From positions 1 through 64,000 of the forward strand of contig JAPDFW010000109.1 in assembly GCA_028826165.1 (NCBI GenBank): a stretch of 64,000 nt of DNA, read 5' to 3'. The translations under genes and the position numbers were made by a program. This document shows, piece after piece, positions 41,475 to 55,216 of the stretch. Origin of the DNA: Anaeramoeba ignava BMAN (taxonomy: Eukaryota; Protista; Anaeramoebae). Position 1 is the stretch's first letter; each line of letters starts with the position of its first letter. The notes beneath the pieces are model-generated. The model was not told the DNA's origin, made no database searches, and saw only the letters and a program-made list of their open reading frames with translations.

Positions 41475-44204
41475 CTAATTAAAATTTTTTAATCGAAAAC
41501 CTAAAATAGATCTGACATCATTTACTGTTCTTAAAGCTTCAAGAAAAGGTAATAAAACGAGTAAAGAAGCATCTTTTTTTTGATCTTGATAATTCATCCA
41601 AGTTGTAATTGGAATTGCGTTTTGTGGATTCATTGAATAAGCAATTGGTGAATTATCAATTATAATACATGAAGAAAGATCTCTTTTGAAAATATTTAAA
41701 TTCTTAGTGTAAGTATTATTTAATGGTGTACATTTCTATTATTGATTTGTTTTTTAAAATTAGTTTTTAATTTTCACTTTTTTTTTTGGATTGTTTTTTT
41801 TTTACATCTCGAAATAATCTTTGTTTGATTTTTTTTTCTGGATCTATAAAATCAATTACTGGATCAGCATATTCATTTAAACTTGCTGTAAATATTGCAA
41901 CATCATACCATTCACATACCTAATTTAAAATATTTAAAATATACAATTAAATATTTAAAATATTTAAAATATAAAATTAAATATAAAATTAAATAAAATA
42001 TAAAATTAAATATAAAATTAAATATAAAATTAAATATAATATTAAATATAATATTAAATATAATATTAAATATAATATTAAATATAATATTAAATATAAA
42101 ATTAAATATAAAATTAAATATAAAATTAAATATAAAATTAAATATAAAATTAAATATAATATTAAATATAATATTAAATATAATATTAAATATAAAATTA
42201 AATATAAAATTAAATATAAAATTAAATATAAAATTAAATATATAATAAAAAATATAATATTAAAATATAATATTAAATATAATATTAAATATAAAAATTA
42301 AATATAATATTAAATATAAAAATTAAATATAAAATTAAATATAAAATTAAATATAAAATTAAATATAAAATTAAATATAAAATTAAATATAATATTAAAT
42401 ATAAAATTAAATATAAAATTAAATATAATATTAAATATAATATTAAATATAAAATTAAATATAATATTAAATATAATATTAAATATAATATTAAATATAA
42501 AATTAAATATAAAATTAAATATAATATTAAATATAAAATTAAATATAAAATTAAATATAAAATTAAATATAAAATTAAATATAAAATTAAATATAAAAAT
42601 TAAATATAAAATTAAATATAAAATTAAATATAATATTAAAATATAAAAATATTAAATATAAAATATAAAAAATTAAATATAAAATTAAATATAAAATTAA
42701 ATATAATATTAAATATAATAATAAATATAATATTAAATATAATATTAAATATAAAATTAAATATAAAATTAAAATATAAAAATAAAATAATAATAAATAT
42801 AAAATTCAAATATAAAAATAAAACAAATATAATATTAAATATAAAATTAAATATAAAATTAAATATAAAATTAAATATAATATTAAATATAATATTAAAT
42901 ATAATATTAAATATAAAATTAAATATAATATTAAATATAATATTAAATATAATATTAAATATAATATTAAATATAATATTAAATATAATATTAAATATAA
43001 TATTAAATATAAAATTAAATATAATATTAAATATAATATTAAATATAATATTAAATATAAAAATTAAATATAAAATTAAATATAAAATTAAATATAATAT
43101 AAAATTAAATATAAAATTAAATATAAAATTAAATATAATATTAAATATAATATTAAATATAATATTAAATATAAAATTAAATATAATATTAAATATAATA
43201 TTAAATATAATATTAAATATAATATTAAATATAATATTAAATATAAAATTAAATATATTAAATATAAAATTAAATATAAAATTAAATATAAAATTAAATA
43301 TAAAATTAAATATAAAATTAAATATAATATTAAATATAAAATTAAATATAAAATTAAATATAAAATTAAATATAAAATTAAATATAAAATTAAATATAAA
43401 ATTAAATATAAAATTAAATATAATATTAAATATAAAATTAAATATAATATTAAATATAAAATTAAATATAAAATTAAATATAAAATTAAATATAAAATTA
43501 AATATAAAATTAAATATAAAATTAAATATAATATTAAATATAAAATTAAATATAATAATAAATATAAAATTAAATATAATATTAAATATAATATTAAATA
43601 TAATATTAAATATAATATAAAATATAATATTAAATATAAAATTAAATATAAAATTAAATATAAAATTAAATATAATATTAAATATAAAATTAAATATAAA
43701 ATTATATATAATATTATATATAATATTAAATATAATATTAAATATATATTTCTACATGTTTAAGAAATATATCAAGATAGGGACGTTTATAAACATATAA
43801 ATAACAAGGTTTTGGGTCAAGAAAAACTTTAATTTTAATTTGAAAATGAGAATCAATAGGTTGAGGAGTTGAATGAACAAGAGTTTCATCAAGATCTAAA
43901 ATTAAAAGCTTTTTTTGAGAATATCTTCTAAGTAAATAATTTCTTGCTTTTGGACTCCATAAATTATCATGAAATAATTTGTTTACAACTCTATTATTAT
44001 TACTAGTTTTACTTTCACTTTCAATTGTATCTGAAAATTCATCTTCAAATAATAATCGAAAAATCTTTTTAAATTTATATTTTATATTTTAAATTTATAT
44101 TTTAATTTATATTTTAAATTTATATTTTTATTTATATTTACTTCCCAAAACCAAATATAAATTAATTGAAATAATTGTTTTAAAACAGAAAAAAGAAAAT
44201 TCAT
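41475..44204 (-). CDS. CTDNEP1: CTD nuclear envelope phosphatase 1 / Nem1 / Dullard-like HAD (FCP/SCP) phosphatase; 4 exons
   Basis: KKLLILDLDETLVHS, YVYKRPYLDIFL, FTASLNEYADPVID, IIIDNSPIAY and LLPFLEALRTVNDVRSILG, plus a hydrophobic N-terminus. Confidence 0.85.
41925..43745. repeat. Intronic (AAATTAAATATA/ATATTAAATATA)n 12-mer array
   Basis: Fills intron 2 of the phosphatase gene. Confidence 0.95.
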
Positions 44205-44751
44205 TTTATTTTTAAAAATAGAAAAATGAAAAAATGAAAAATGAAAAAATGAAAAAATTAAAAAATTAAATTAAATTAAATTAAATTAAATTAAATTGCT
44301 TTGTTGTTTCTTTGTCAATTTCTTGTTAATTTTTGTTTTTAAATTAAATAAAAAAGGGAAAAAAAAATTTTTTTTAAATAATTACGAATTTAGATTTAAA
44401 AAAAGAGAATAAGAAACGAATTTATGAATCTATTTAAAATTTATTTTTTAAAAACTGATCAAAAAAAAGGAAAATTTTTATTTATTAATTAATTAAACAA
44501 ATTTTCCTCTTTTTTCTTTTATTTAAATTTTTTTATTTTTTAAAATTATTTTTTTCATTTTTTCCTTTATTTTTAAATACAAAAAAATAATTTGAACTTT
44601 TTATTTTTTAATTTTTATTTTTTTATTTTTTTTTGTTGATCAATTTTTTTCTTTTTTTTTAGTTAAATTAAATTAAAATTAAAATTAAGTAATAATTTAT
44701 AAACAATAATAACAACAACCACATTATAAAAAAGATAAATTGAATAATAAA

Positions 44752-46170
44752 ATGGAGTCGAAAATAGCAATAATTGGACCAGGAAGTGTTGGAAAAAGTG
44801 CATTAACAATACAATTTCTTCAAAATCGATTTATAGCTGAGTATTTTAATTGGAAAAAAAAATTTACAAAAAAAAATTTTTTTTCACCTTTTTTTTTAAT
44901 CATTTTTAAATCATTTTTAAATTGATTTCTTTAAATCTTTTTTTAAATTGGATTTTAATTTGAATTTTAAATTGGATTTTAAATTGGATTTTAAATTGGA
45001 TTTTTTTAATCAATTTTTTAATCAATTTTTTAATCAATTTTTAAATCATTTTTAAATTGATTTTTTCTTTAAATCATTTTTAAATTGGATTTTAAATTGG
45101 ATTTTAAATTGGATTTTAAATTGGATTTTAAATTGGATTTTAAATTGGATTTTTAATCAAATTTTTAATCATTTTTAAATTGGATTTTAAATTGGATTTT
45201 AAATTGGATTTTTAAATCATTTTTTAAATTGGATTTTTTTAATCATTTTTTAATCATTTTTTAATCAATTTTTTTTCTTAGTTATGATCCAACTATTGAA
45301 GAAAATTATAGAAAGACTGTTTTTGTTGATAATGAACCTTGTCTTCTTAATATTTTGGATACTGCTGGACAAGAAGAATATCATTCAATGAGAGAACAAT
45401 ATATGAATTCAGGTCAAGGATTTTTGTTAGTTTTTTCTATTATTCATCAATCAACTTTTAATGAAATGAATGAATTTCGTGATCAAGTAAAAATACAAAA
45501 TGAAAATCAAAATTCAAAATCAAAATCAAAATTAAAATAAAAATCAAAATCAAAATCAAAATCAAATTCAAATTCAAAATCAAAAATCAAAATCAAAATC
45601 AAAATCAAAATCAAAATCAAAATCAAAATCAAAATCAAAATGAAAATCAAAATCAAAATCAAAATCAAAATCAAAATCAAAATAAATAAAAATAAAAATA
45701 ATCAAAATCAAAATCAAAATCAAAATTAAAATCAAAATCAAAATTAAAATCAAAATTAAAATCAAAATTAAAATCAAAATCAAAATCAAAATCAAAATCA
45801 AAATGAAAATCAAAATGAAAATGAAAATCAAATTAAAATCAAAATCAAAATCAAATCAAAGTAAATATTTAATTAATATTTATTTTTTTTTCCTTCATTT
45901 TAGATCATAAGAGTTAAAGATACTGAAGAATTTCCTTTAGTTTTAGTTGGAAATAAAGCTGATCTTGATAATAGAAGAGCTGTTCCAAAATCTGAATGTG
46001 AAAATTTAGCAAAAGATTTTCATTGTCCTTATATTGAAACTTCTGCAAAAACAAATCAAAATGTTGAAAAAGCTTTTCATGAAATTATTCGTTTAATAAG
46101 ACAAAAAACTTCTTCAAAATCTGAAAATCGTAAACCTTCAAAAAGAAAAAAGAAATGTTTAATAATTTGA
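44752..46170 (+). CDS. Ras-subfamily small GTPase; 3 exons
   Basis: GPGSVGKSALT, YDPTIEENY, LDTAGQEEY, VGNKADL and ETSAK motifs, a polybasic tail and CAAX (KRKKKCLII*). Confidence 0.95.
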
Positions 46171-46350
46171 TTCAATATTTTTTTCTATTCTATTCTTTTC
46201 TATTCTATTCTATTTTTTTTTTGTATTTCACTTCCTTTTGAAAAATGAAAAATGAAAAATGAAAAATGAAAAATGAAAAATCAAAGTCAAAAAAAGAATT
46301 TTTTTTTTTGATATTTTTTTGATCATTTTTTTGATCATTTTTTTTTTGAA

Positions 46351-48871
46351 ATGAAAAGTGAAAAAGTAAATTTAATTTCTTGTTTTAATTTACAAGAAAA
46401 AGTATTAGTTGCTGTTAAATGCAGGTTTGATTTTTTAAAATTGAAAAATTAAAATTGATTTTTTAAAATTGATTTTTTTTATTTAGACCTTTGCTTCAAA
46501 ATGAAATTGAATTTGGTCAAAAAAAGTAAATTTAAAAAGAAAAGAAATTATTTTTTTGTTTGTTTGTTAAATTGATTTTAATAATTAAATTTCTGGTTTT
46601 TTTTCTTTAGTGTTGTTGAAATTGATAGTAAAAATAAAAGTATTTATATTAAAAATGAAAAGACATTCAATCATAAACAATTCACATTTGATTTAGTTTT
46701 TGATGAAAAGTAAGACAAAAAAGAATAAAAAAAAATGGAATAAATTTTTTTTTTAATTTTCTTTTTTTTGTTTTTAAAAGTTCTCAACAAGAAGAACTTT
46801 TCCAAATAACAGATAGAATTGTAGATTCAGTTATATCAGGATTTAATGGAACAATTTTTTGTTATGGACAAACAGGAAGTGGGAAAGTAAATTGAAAAAA
46901 AATAGATTTGATTTAATTTAATTTTGATTTAAATTTGATTTAATTTTGATTCAATTTTGATTTGATTTGATTTGATTTGATTTGATTTTATTTGATTTAA
47001 TTTAATTCAATTTTGATTTAATTTGATTTGAATTTAATTTTAATTTGATTTGATTTAATTTGATTCAATTTTGATTTAATTTTGATTTGATTTAATTTCA
47101 TAGACATTCACAATGGAAGGAAATCAAGAAACAGGAATACAAGGAATCACACCAAATTCAATCCATAGAGTTTTTGAAAAAATTTCTCAACAACCCAAAA
47201 ATATCCAATTTTTAGTCCAACTTTCAGCATACGAAATTTACAATGAAAAAATAAGAGATTTGTTTTGCAAAGAAAGTAAATATGGATTAGCAGTCAAAGA
47301 ACACAAAACAAAAGGATTTTATATTGAATCAATATCATCAAAAATCCTTAGAAATGATCCCCAATCCATAAAAACAATTCTCAAAACAGTCCAAAAAAAT
47401 CGCAAAGTTGGAAAAACAAAAATGAACCAAAAATCGTCCCGTTCTCATTGCGTTTTTGCAATAACAATTGAAGCAAGTAATGTCGATGGAAAGGGAAAAA
47501 TCAAAAAAGGAACTTTGAATCTTGTTGATCTTGCAGGCTCAGAAAGACAAAAAAAATCCCATTCAAAAGGCCAAAGATTCCTTGAAGCAACAAAAATTAA
47601 TCTCTCACTTTCTGCTTTAGGAAATGTTATAAATGCACTTGCTACTGGAAGACAAAGACATGTTCCTTACAGAGATAGTTTGCTAACAAAACTTCTTCGT
47701 GAATCTCTTGGTGGAAATTCAAGAACTTTAATGATAGCAACCATTTCTCCTGGAGGTAAAAGAAATATCAAAATAAAAAAAAAAGGATTCTTCCAATTTT
47801 CTTCCTATTTTGGTTTGAATCCCAAATTCGAAATTATTCCAAAAAATTCAAATTCCGATTTTTATTCCATTCGATAAAAACAAAATAGATTATAATTTTC
47901 AAGAAACGATTTCAACTCTTAGATATGCAAATAGATCAAAAAATATCAAAAATACTCCAAGAATCAATGAACAAACAGATCCTCAAAATGCTTTGATTGA
48001 ACAATACAAAAATACAATTTCTCAACTCCAAAAAAAACTCCAAGACAATTTCCCACAAAATCAAACAGAAAAACAAAGAATAGAAATCATAAACGAACAA
48101 AAACTCAAAACAAAATATGAAAAAAAACTAGAAAAACAAAAGAAACAAAACCAGAAAGAAAAACAGGAAAAGAAAAAATTACTGGAAAAAATTAGAGAAA
48201 TGAAAAAGGATTTGATAAGTGGACAAGCACATAAAGAGTCATTGATTAGAGAAGTGGAACAAAAAACAGAAGACCAATTATTTTCTTCTCAAAAAATTTC
48301 TCATCTTCAAGAACAATCACAAACAAAAGACCAAATTATATCTAAATTAAAAGAAAAACTAAAAATGCAAGAAAATGAATTATTTGATCAGCAATCTGAA
48401 TTCCAAAAAGATATGGAATTCCAACTTACAATCATTAGGGAAATGAAAAAAATACTCAGTTTTCAAGCATTTGTGATTGATTCTTTCGTTCCTTTTCATG
48501 AATTACAAAAAATTAGACAACAAGCTGTTTATGATCGTGACTTAGAAACTTGGCATTTAGCTTCAATTTCCAAAAAATATTCTTTCAATCCAAATGAAAA
48601 TGAAAAAGAAAATGAAAATGAAAATCAAAATGAAAATGAAAATCAAAATCAAAATCAAAATCAAAATCAAAATGAAAATGAAAATGAAAATCAAAATGAA
48701 AATGAAAATCAAAATGAAAATGAAAATGAAAATCAAAATGAAAATGAAAATCAAAATGAAAATGAAAATGAAAATCTAATTGAAAATAATTTCAAATCCT
48801 TTTTTTTAAAAAATTCTTTTAATCAAAGACCTTCAACTTCAAGAGGTTTTCGAACTGAAAATTTTAAATAA
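46351..48871 (+). CDS. Kinesin-2 family motor (KIF3/KIF17-like)
   Basis: [15 protein letters not shown]|[17 protein letters not shown] and [10 protein letters not shown] motor motifs. The neck [21 protein letters not shown] and tail [21 protein letters not shown] are typical of kinesin-2. Confidence 0.9.
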
Positions 48872-48883
48872 AAAATCAAAATT

Positions 48884-49370
<487 letters not shown>

Positions 49371-50238
49371 AATGATTTATTATCCAATTTTATTATTAAA
49401 ATTATAATTTATTAATTTATTTTTCAATATTTTCTTTTTTCAATATTAATCAATGAAATATAAAAAATAAATAATCAAAAATATCAATTTAAGCAATGAA
49501 AATATTAATTCAGTTTGAAATAAAAGAAATCCAATTTAAATTATTATTAAATATTATTCAAATTCAATTTTTTTCTTGATTAAAATATTTTATCAATTTT
49601 ATTTAATTTTTGGTAATAATTTTATATTATTTTGAATAAATAAATGTTAATAAAATATATAAAATAGAATTGATTCCAAATTTAATTATTTAATTTTCTT
49701 TATTTCATTTTTATTTTTTTCATTTTTTCTTTCAAAAACAAAATTTAAAATTAAGTAAATATTTTTTCTTAAATTTTAAAAACAAAAATCAAAAATAAAA
49801 ATAAAATTTAATAATAATAAATAATATAAATATAAAATTTAAATGGAATTAAAACAAAATAATTATTAATTACTTATTAATTTATTATTATTTCAATAAA
49901 CAAAAAAAAAGAAAAATAAATTTCCAAATTAAATTTTATTTACAAAAAAATTATCAATAAAAAATTTAAATTTAAATTTAATTGAAAATAAAAATGAAAA
50001 AGAAAATTATTTTTATTATTGATTTATTATTATTTCATAAATATTTATTTTATTTATTCCATTAAAAAAATAAATTTTCCTTTTTTTGTTTTAAAAAACA
50101 AAAAGAAATTTATTTTATTTATATAAAAATTTAATATAATAAAAATATTAAATACAACATAAATTATTTATCTAAATTATTTGAATAATTAAAATATTTA
50201 TTAGTTATTTATTAAAATTAATTAGGCTATTCAAGAAA

Positions 50239-53200
50239 ATGGATCCATCAATTTGCCCAAAATGTTTCCAAAATTATTCACAAGAAAGAAAACCAATGAT
50301 TATTTGCCAAGAAGGCCATTCAATTTGCGAAGATTGTGTGAAAAAAATTAATAGTTGTCCTTTTTGCAGAAGTTCTTTTGATGATTTTAAACCAATTTTA
50401 AACCGCACTTTATTACAACTTGTTGAGGTATTCAAGTTACAATCAAAAGAACAAAAAGTTCCATTTATTCCATTATCAGAATTAGAAGTTGAACCAAAAC
50501 CATTTGCTATAGGAGGAAGTGCTCAAATTTATAAAGGAAAATTTAAAGGAAAAGATGTTGTTATCAAGAGAATGATGGCTATGAATGATGAAAAATCAAA
50601 TCATGAATTCGAAAACGAACTGAAATTGGCTATGAAATTGGAACATCATTCAATTATTAAAATGTATGGAAAAACAGAAATGGATAAAATGATGGGAATT
50701 GTGATTGAATTCGCGAATCAAGGAGATTTAAGTAGCAAAATTCAAAGTTTAACATTTGAAGAACAAATTGATTATTCTTTGGAAATTATTGAAGGGATAA
50801 GAGTTTTACATTCAAATTCAATTATTCACCGTGATTTGAAACCTCAAAACATTTTGATAATCGATAATCATCCTAAAATTGCTGATTTTGGAATTTCAAA
50901 AGTGAGAGAACATACTCTGAAAGTTACTTCAGTTACCATTTCATTTGGTTATTCAGCTCCCGAACTTTTTCAAAAAGAGAATATTTATGATACTTCTTGT
51001 GATATTTTCAGTTTATCAATGATTTTATATTCAATTTTCTCAAAGAAAGAACCTTTCGAAAATTTGAATCCTGTTATGATTACTGTGAAAGTAATACAAG
51101 GTGAAAGACCTGAATTTCCAAATGATTTTCCAAAAGAGTTAGCGAAAGTGATTGATAAAGGATGGAGTACAAATCCAAAAGAAAGATCTTCATTGAATGA
51201 ATTTACTCAATGTTTAGAAAGAATAAAACCTCAAAGTAATTCTTTTTTTTTAACAAGATTTATTCAACCAACAAAACAAATTTTATTTTCTTTTAATTAT
51301 ATTTAATTTTCATAAACAATTAATGAAATGCCCAAAATAACAGAACCGATTCTACCAATTTCCCCTAACAATTTCACTCCTTCAAAACCTTCTAATAATA
51401 GAACTAATTTATCTCCACCTGTAATTTACAATACAACCTCACATTTTTCAAAATTAAAATTAAAATTAAAATCAAAATTAAAATCAAAATCAAAATCAAA
51501 ATCAAAATCAAAATATAAATCAAAATAAAAATCAAAATCAAAATCAAAAAAAAAAAATAAAAATCAAAATTAAAATTAAAATTAAAATCAAAATCAAAAT
51601 CAAAATTAAAATTAAAATTAAAATTAAAATTAAAATCAAAATCAAAATTAAAATTAAAATCAAAATTAAAATCAAAATCAAAATCAAAATCAAAATCAAA
51701 ATTAAAATCAAAATCAAAATCAAAATTAAAATTAAAATCAAAATTAAAATGAAAATGAAAATGAAAATAGATTGCTAAATTTGTGAAGAAAACTTTTGGA
51801 ATTGCTCAATACGATTTCGAAGCATCAAATCCATCAGAATTATCATTTTCATTTGGAGATGAAGTTGAAATTTTAGCACAACATCAAGATGGATGGGGAG
51901 ATGCAAAATTGAAAGGAAAAGCAGGACTTGTGCCTCTCAATTACTTAGATATAATTGAAAAAACAGTAAAAATGACACCACCATCGACACCCAAATCACG
52001 AATCCCACGAAATCAAATCGATAAATCAAATCAATTTTCAAAACCAAAATCACCAATATCTAATTTAAGAAAAAGAGAAACAAACCAAAATCAATTTCGA
52101 AATTCAAATCAAAATCAAAATCAAAAAAATAAGATCAAAGAAATCAAACCACAATTAGAAATGAATGTTTCTGAAAAAGGACAACAAACTTTAGAAGATT
52201 TTATAAATCAAATTTCAAATTTAAATGAAAGTAAATTGTTTTAAATTTTAAATTATTAAAAAATTATTTTGAAATTTAAATTCAAATTTAAAAACAAAAT
52301 TAAAAAAGAATCTATTGAAGAAACAATAAAATATATGAAACAATGCCCAAATAATCAAAAAATTCAAGAAAATGGATGTTTTATTTTACAAAAATTTGCA
52401 AACAAAAATGAAGGTAAAAATTTTATATCTTTTTATTATTTTCCAAAATTAAAATTTAAATGAAAATTACTTTTTTTTTGCTTTAATTTTTAATTCTAAA
52501 AAAAATTCAAAATCAATATTAAAACTCAATACTTAAAGATAATCGAAATAAACTCAGAAATTTAAAAGGAATAAAATGTGTTATTAAAGCAATGAATAAT
52601 TTCCAAAATAATCAAGATATTCAACTTAAAGGATGTGAAGCTTTATGGGATATTGCTGTTAGAAATGATGGTAAATAAAAAATAAATCAAAAAATAAATT
52701 GAAAAAATTATTTTAATCCATTATTTATTTTCCATTATTAATTATTAATTATTAATTATTAATTAAAAATTAAATCAAAAAATAAAAATATTAAAATAGA
52801 AAACAAAATTGAAATAAGAAATTTAAAAGGAATTGAACCTATTATTAAAGCAATGAATAATTTCCCAAATAATCAAAATATTCAATATTATGGATGTTCT
52901 GCTTTAGAGAATATTGCTGTTAATAATGGTAAATAAAAATAAAAATAAAAATAAAAAATATTATTTATTTTCCATTTTTTTTTTGAAATTTAAAATTAAA
53001 AATTAAATCAAAAAATACAAAAAATAATTACAAAAAATAAATCAAAATTAAATAAATTTACAAAATAATAAATAAATAATTATTAATTATTAATTAAAAT
53101 CCAAAAAAAAATTAATCAATTTCAAATTTATTTTCAAAAATAAAAATATTAAAATAGAAAACCAAATTGAAATAAGAAATTTAAAAGGAATTGAACCTAT

Positions 53201-54730
53201 TATTAAAGCAATGAATAATTTCCCAAATAATCAAGATATTCAATATAAAGGATGTGGAGCTTTACAGAATATTGGTGTTAATAATGGTAAATAAAAAATT
53301 AAAAATAAAAATAAAAAATATTATTTATTTTCCATTTTTTTTTTGAAATTATAAATTAAAAATTAAATCAAAAAATACAAAAAATAATTACAAAAAATAA
53401 ATCAAAATTAAATAAATTTACAAAATAATAAATAAATAATTATTAATTATTAATTAAAATCCAAAAAAAAAATTAATCAATTTCAAATTTATTTTCCAAA
53501 AATAAAAATATTAAAATAGAAAACAAAATTGAAATAAGAAATTTAAAAGGAATTGAACCTATTATTAAATCAATGAATAATTTCCCAAATAATCAAAATA
53601 TTCAATATTATGGATGTGGAGCTTTACAGAATATTGGTGTTAATAATGGTAAATAAAAAATTAAAAATAAAAAATCAAAATAAAAAATAATTATTTTCCA
53701 TTTTTGAATTTTTGAAATTAAAAATTAAATCAAAAAATACAAAAAATAATTACAAAAAATAAATTAAAATTAAATAAATTTACAAAATAATAAATAAATA
53801 ATTATTAATTATTAATTAAAATCCAAAAAAAAAATTAATCAATTTCAAATTTATTTTCAAAAATAAAAATATTAAAATAGAAAACAAAATTGAAATAAGA
53901 AATTTAAAAGGAATTGAACCTATTATTAAATCAATGAATAATTTCCCAAATAATCAAAATATTCAATATTATGGATGTGGAGCTTTATGGAGTATTGCTG
54001 TTAATAATGGTAAATAAAAAATAAAAAATAAAAAATAAAAAATAATTATTTTCCATTTTTTTTTTGAAATTTGAAATTAAAAATTAAATCAAAAAATACA
54101 AAAAATAATTACAAAAAATAAATCAAAATTAAATAAATTTACAAAATAATAAATAAATAATTATTAATTATTAATTAAAATCCAAAAAAAAAATTAATCA
54201 ATTTCAAATTTATTTTCAAAAATAAAAATATTAAAATAGAAAACAAAATTGAAATAAGAAATTTAAAAGGAATTGAACCTATTATTAAATCAATGAATAA
54301 TTTCCCAAATAATCAAAATATTCAATATTATGGATGTGGAGCTTTATGGAGTATTGCTGTTAATAATGGTAAATAAAAATTAAAAATCAAAATAAAAAAT
54401 AATTATTTATTTTCCATTTTTTTTTTGAAATTCAAAATTAAAAATTAAATCAAAAAATACAAAAAATAATTACAAAAAATAAATCAAAATTAAAATTAAA
54501 TTTACAAAATAATAAATAAATAATTATTAATTATTAATTAAAATCCAAAAAAAAAATTAATCAATTTCAAATTTATTTTCAAAAATAAAAATATTAAAAT
54601 AGAAAACCAAATTGAAATAAGAAATTTAAAAGGAATTGAATCTATCAAAAAAGCAATGAATAATTTCCCAAATAATCAAAAAATTCAAGAAAAAGGAAAA
54701 TGGGCTTTAGGAAGATTACAAAAAAATTGA
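50239..54730 (+). CDS. RING finger - TKL-type protein kinase - SH3 - armadillo-repeat protein; about 11 exons
   Basis: RING: CPKC...CQEGHSICEDC...CPFCR. Kinase: IGGSAQIY, VVIK, HRDLKPQN, DFG, APE. SH3: AQYDFEASNPSELSF...GW...GLVPLNY. Then ARM repeats, one per exon; stop at 54730. Confidence 0.9.
52800..54730 (+). repeat. Tandem exon+intron units of about 360 bp, each encoding one 43-aa ARM repeat
   Basis: 129-nt phase 1-1 exons at 52800-52928, 53158-53286, 53520-53648, 53881-54009 and 54240-54368, then a terminal exon at 54603-54730. The introns are near-identical and 229-234 nt long. Confidence 0.95.
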
Positions 54731-54836
54731 ATCACTTTTTCTTTTTCTTTTTCTTTTTCTTTCAAGACAATTTCAATAAAATCAAAATCAAAATCAAAAT
54801 CAAATTATTTTTATATATATTTTAGATTTTATTTTA

Positions 54837-55122
<286 letters not shown>

Positions 55123-55216
55123 TTAAAATTAAATTAAAGAAAAAGTTGATTATTTTTTATTAAAAAAAGAAAGAAAAATATAGAATAATTTCTTTTTCTT
55201 TTTTTAAATTTAAAAT

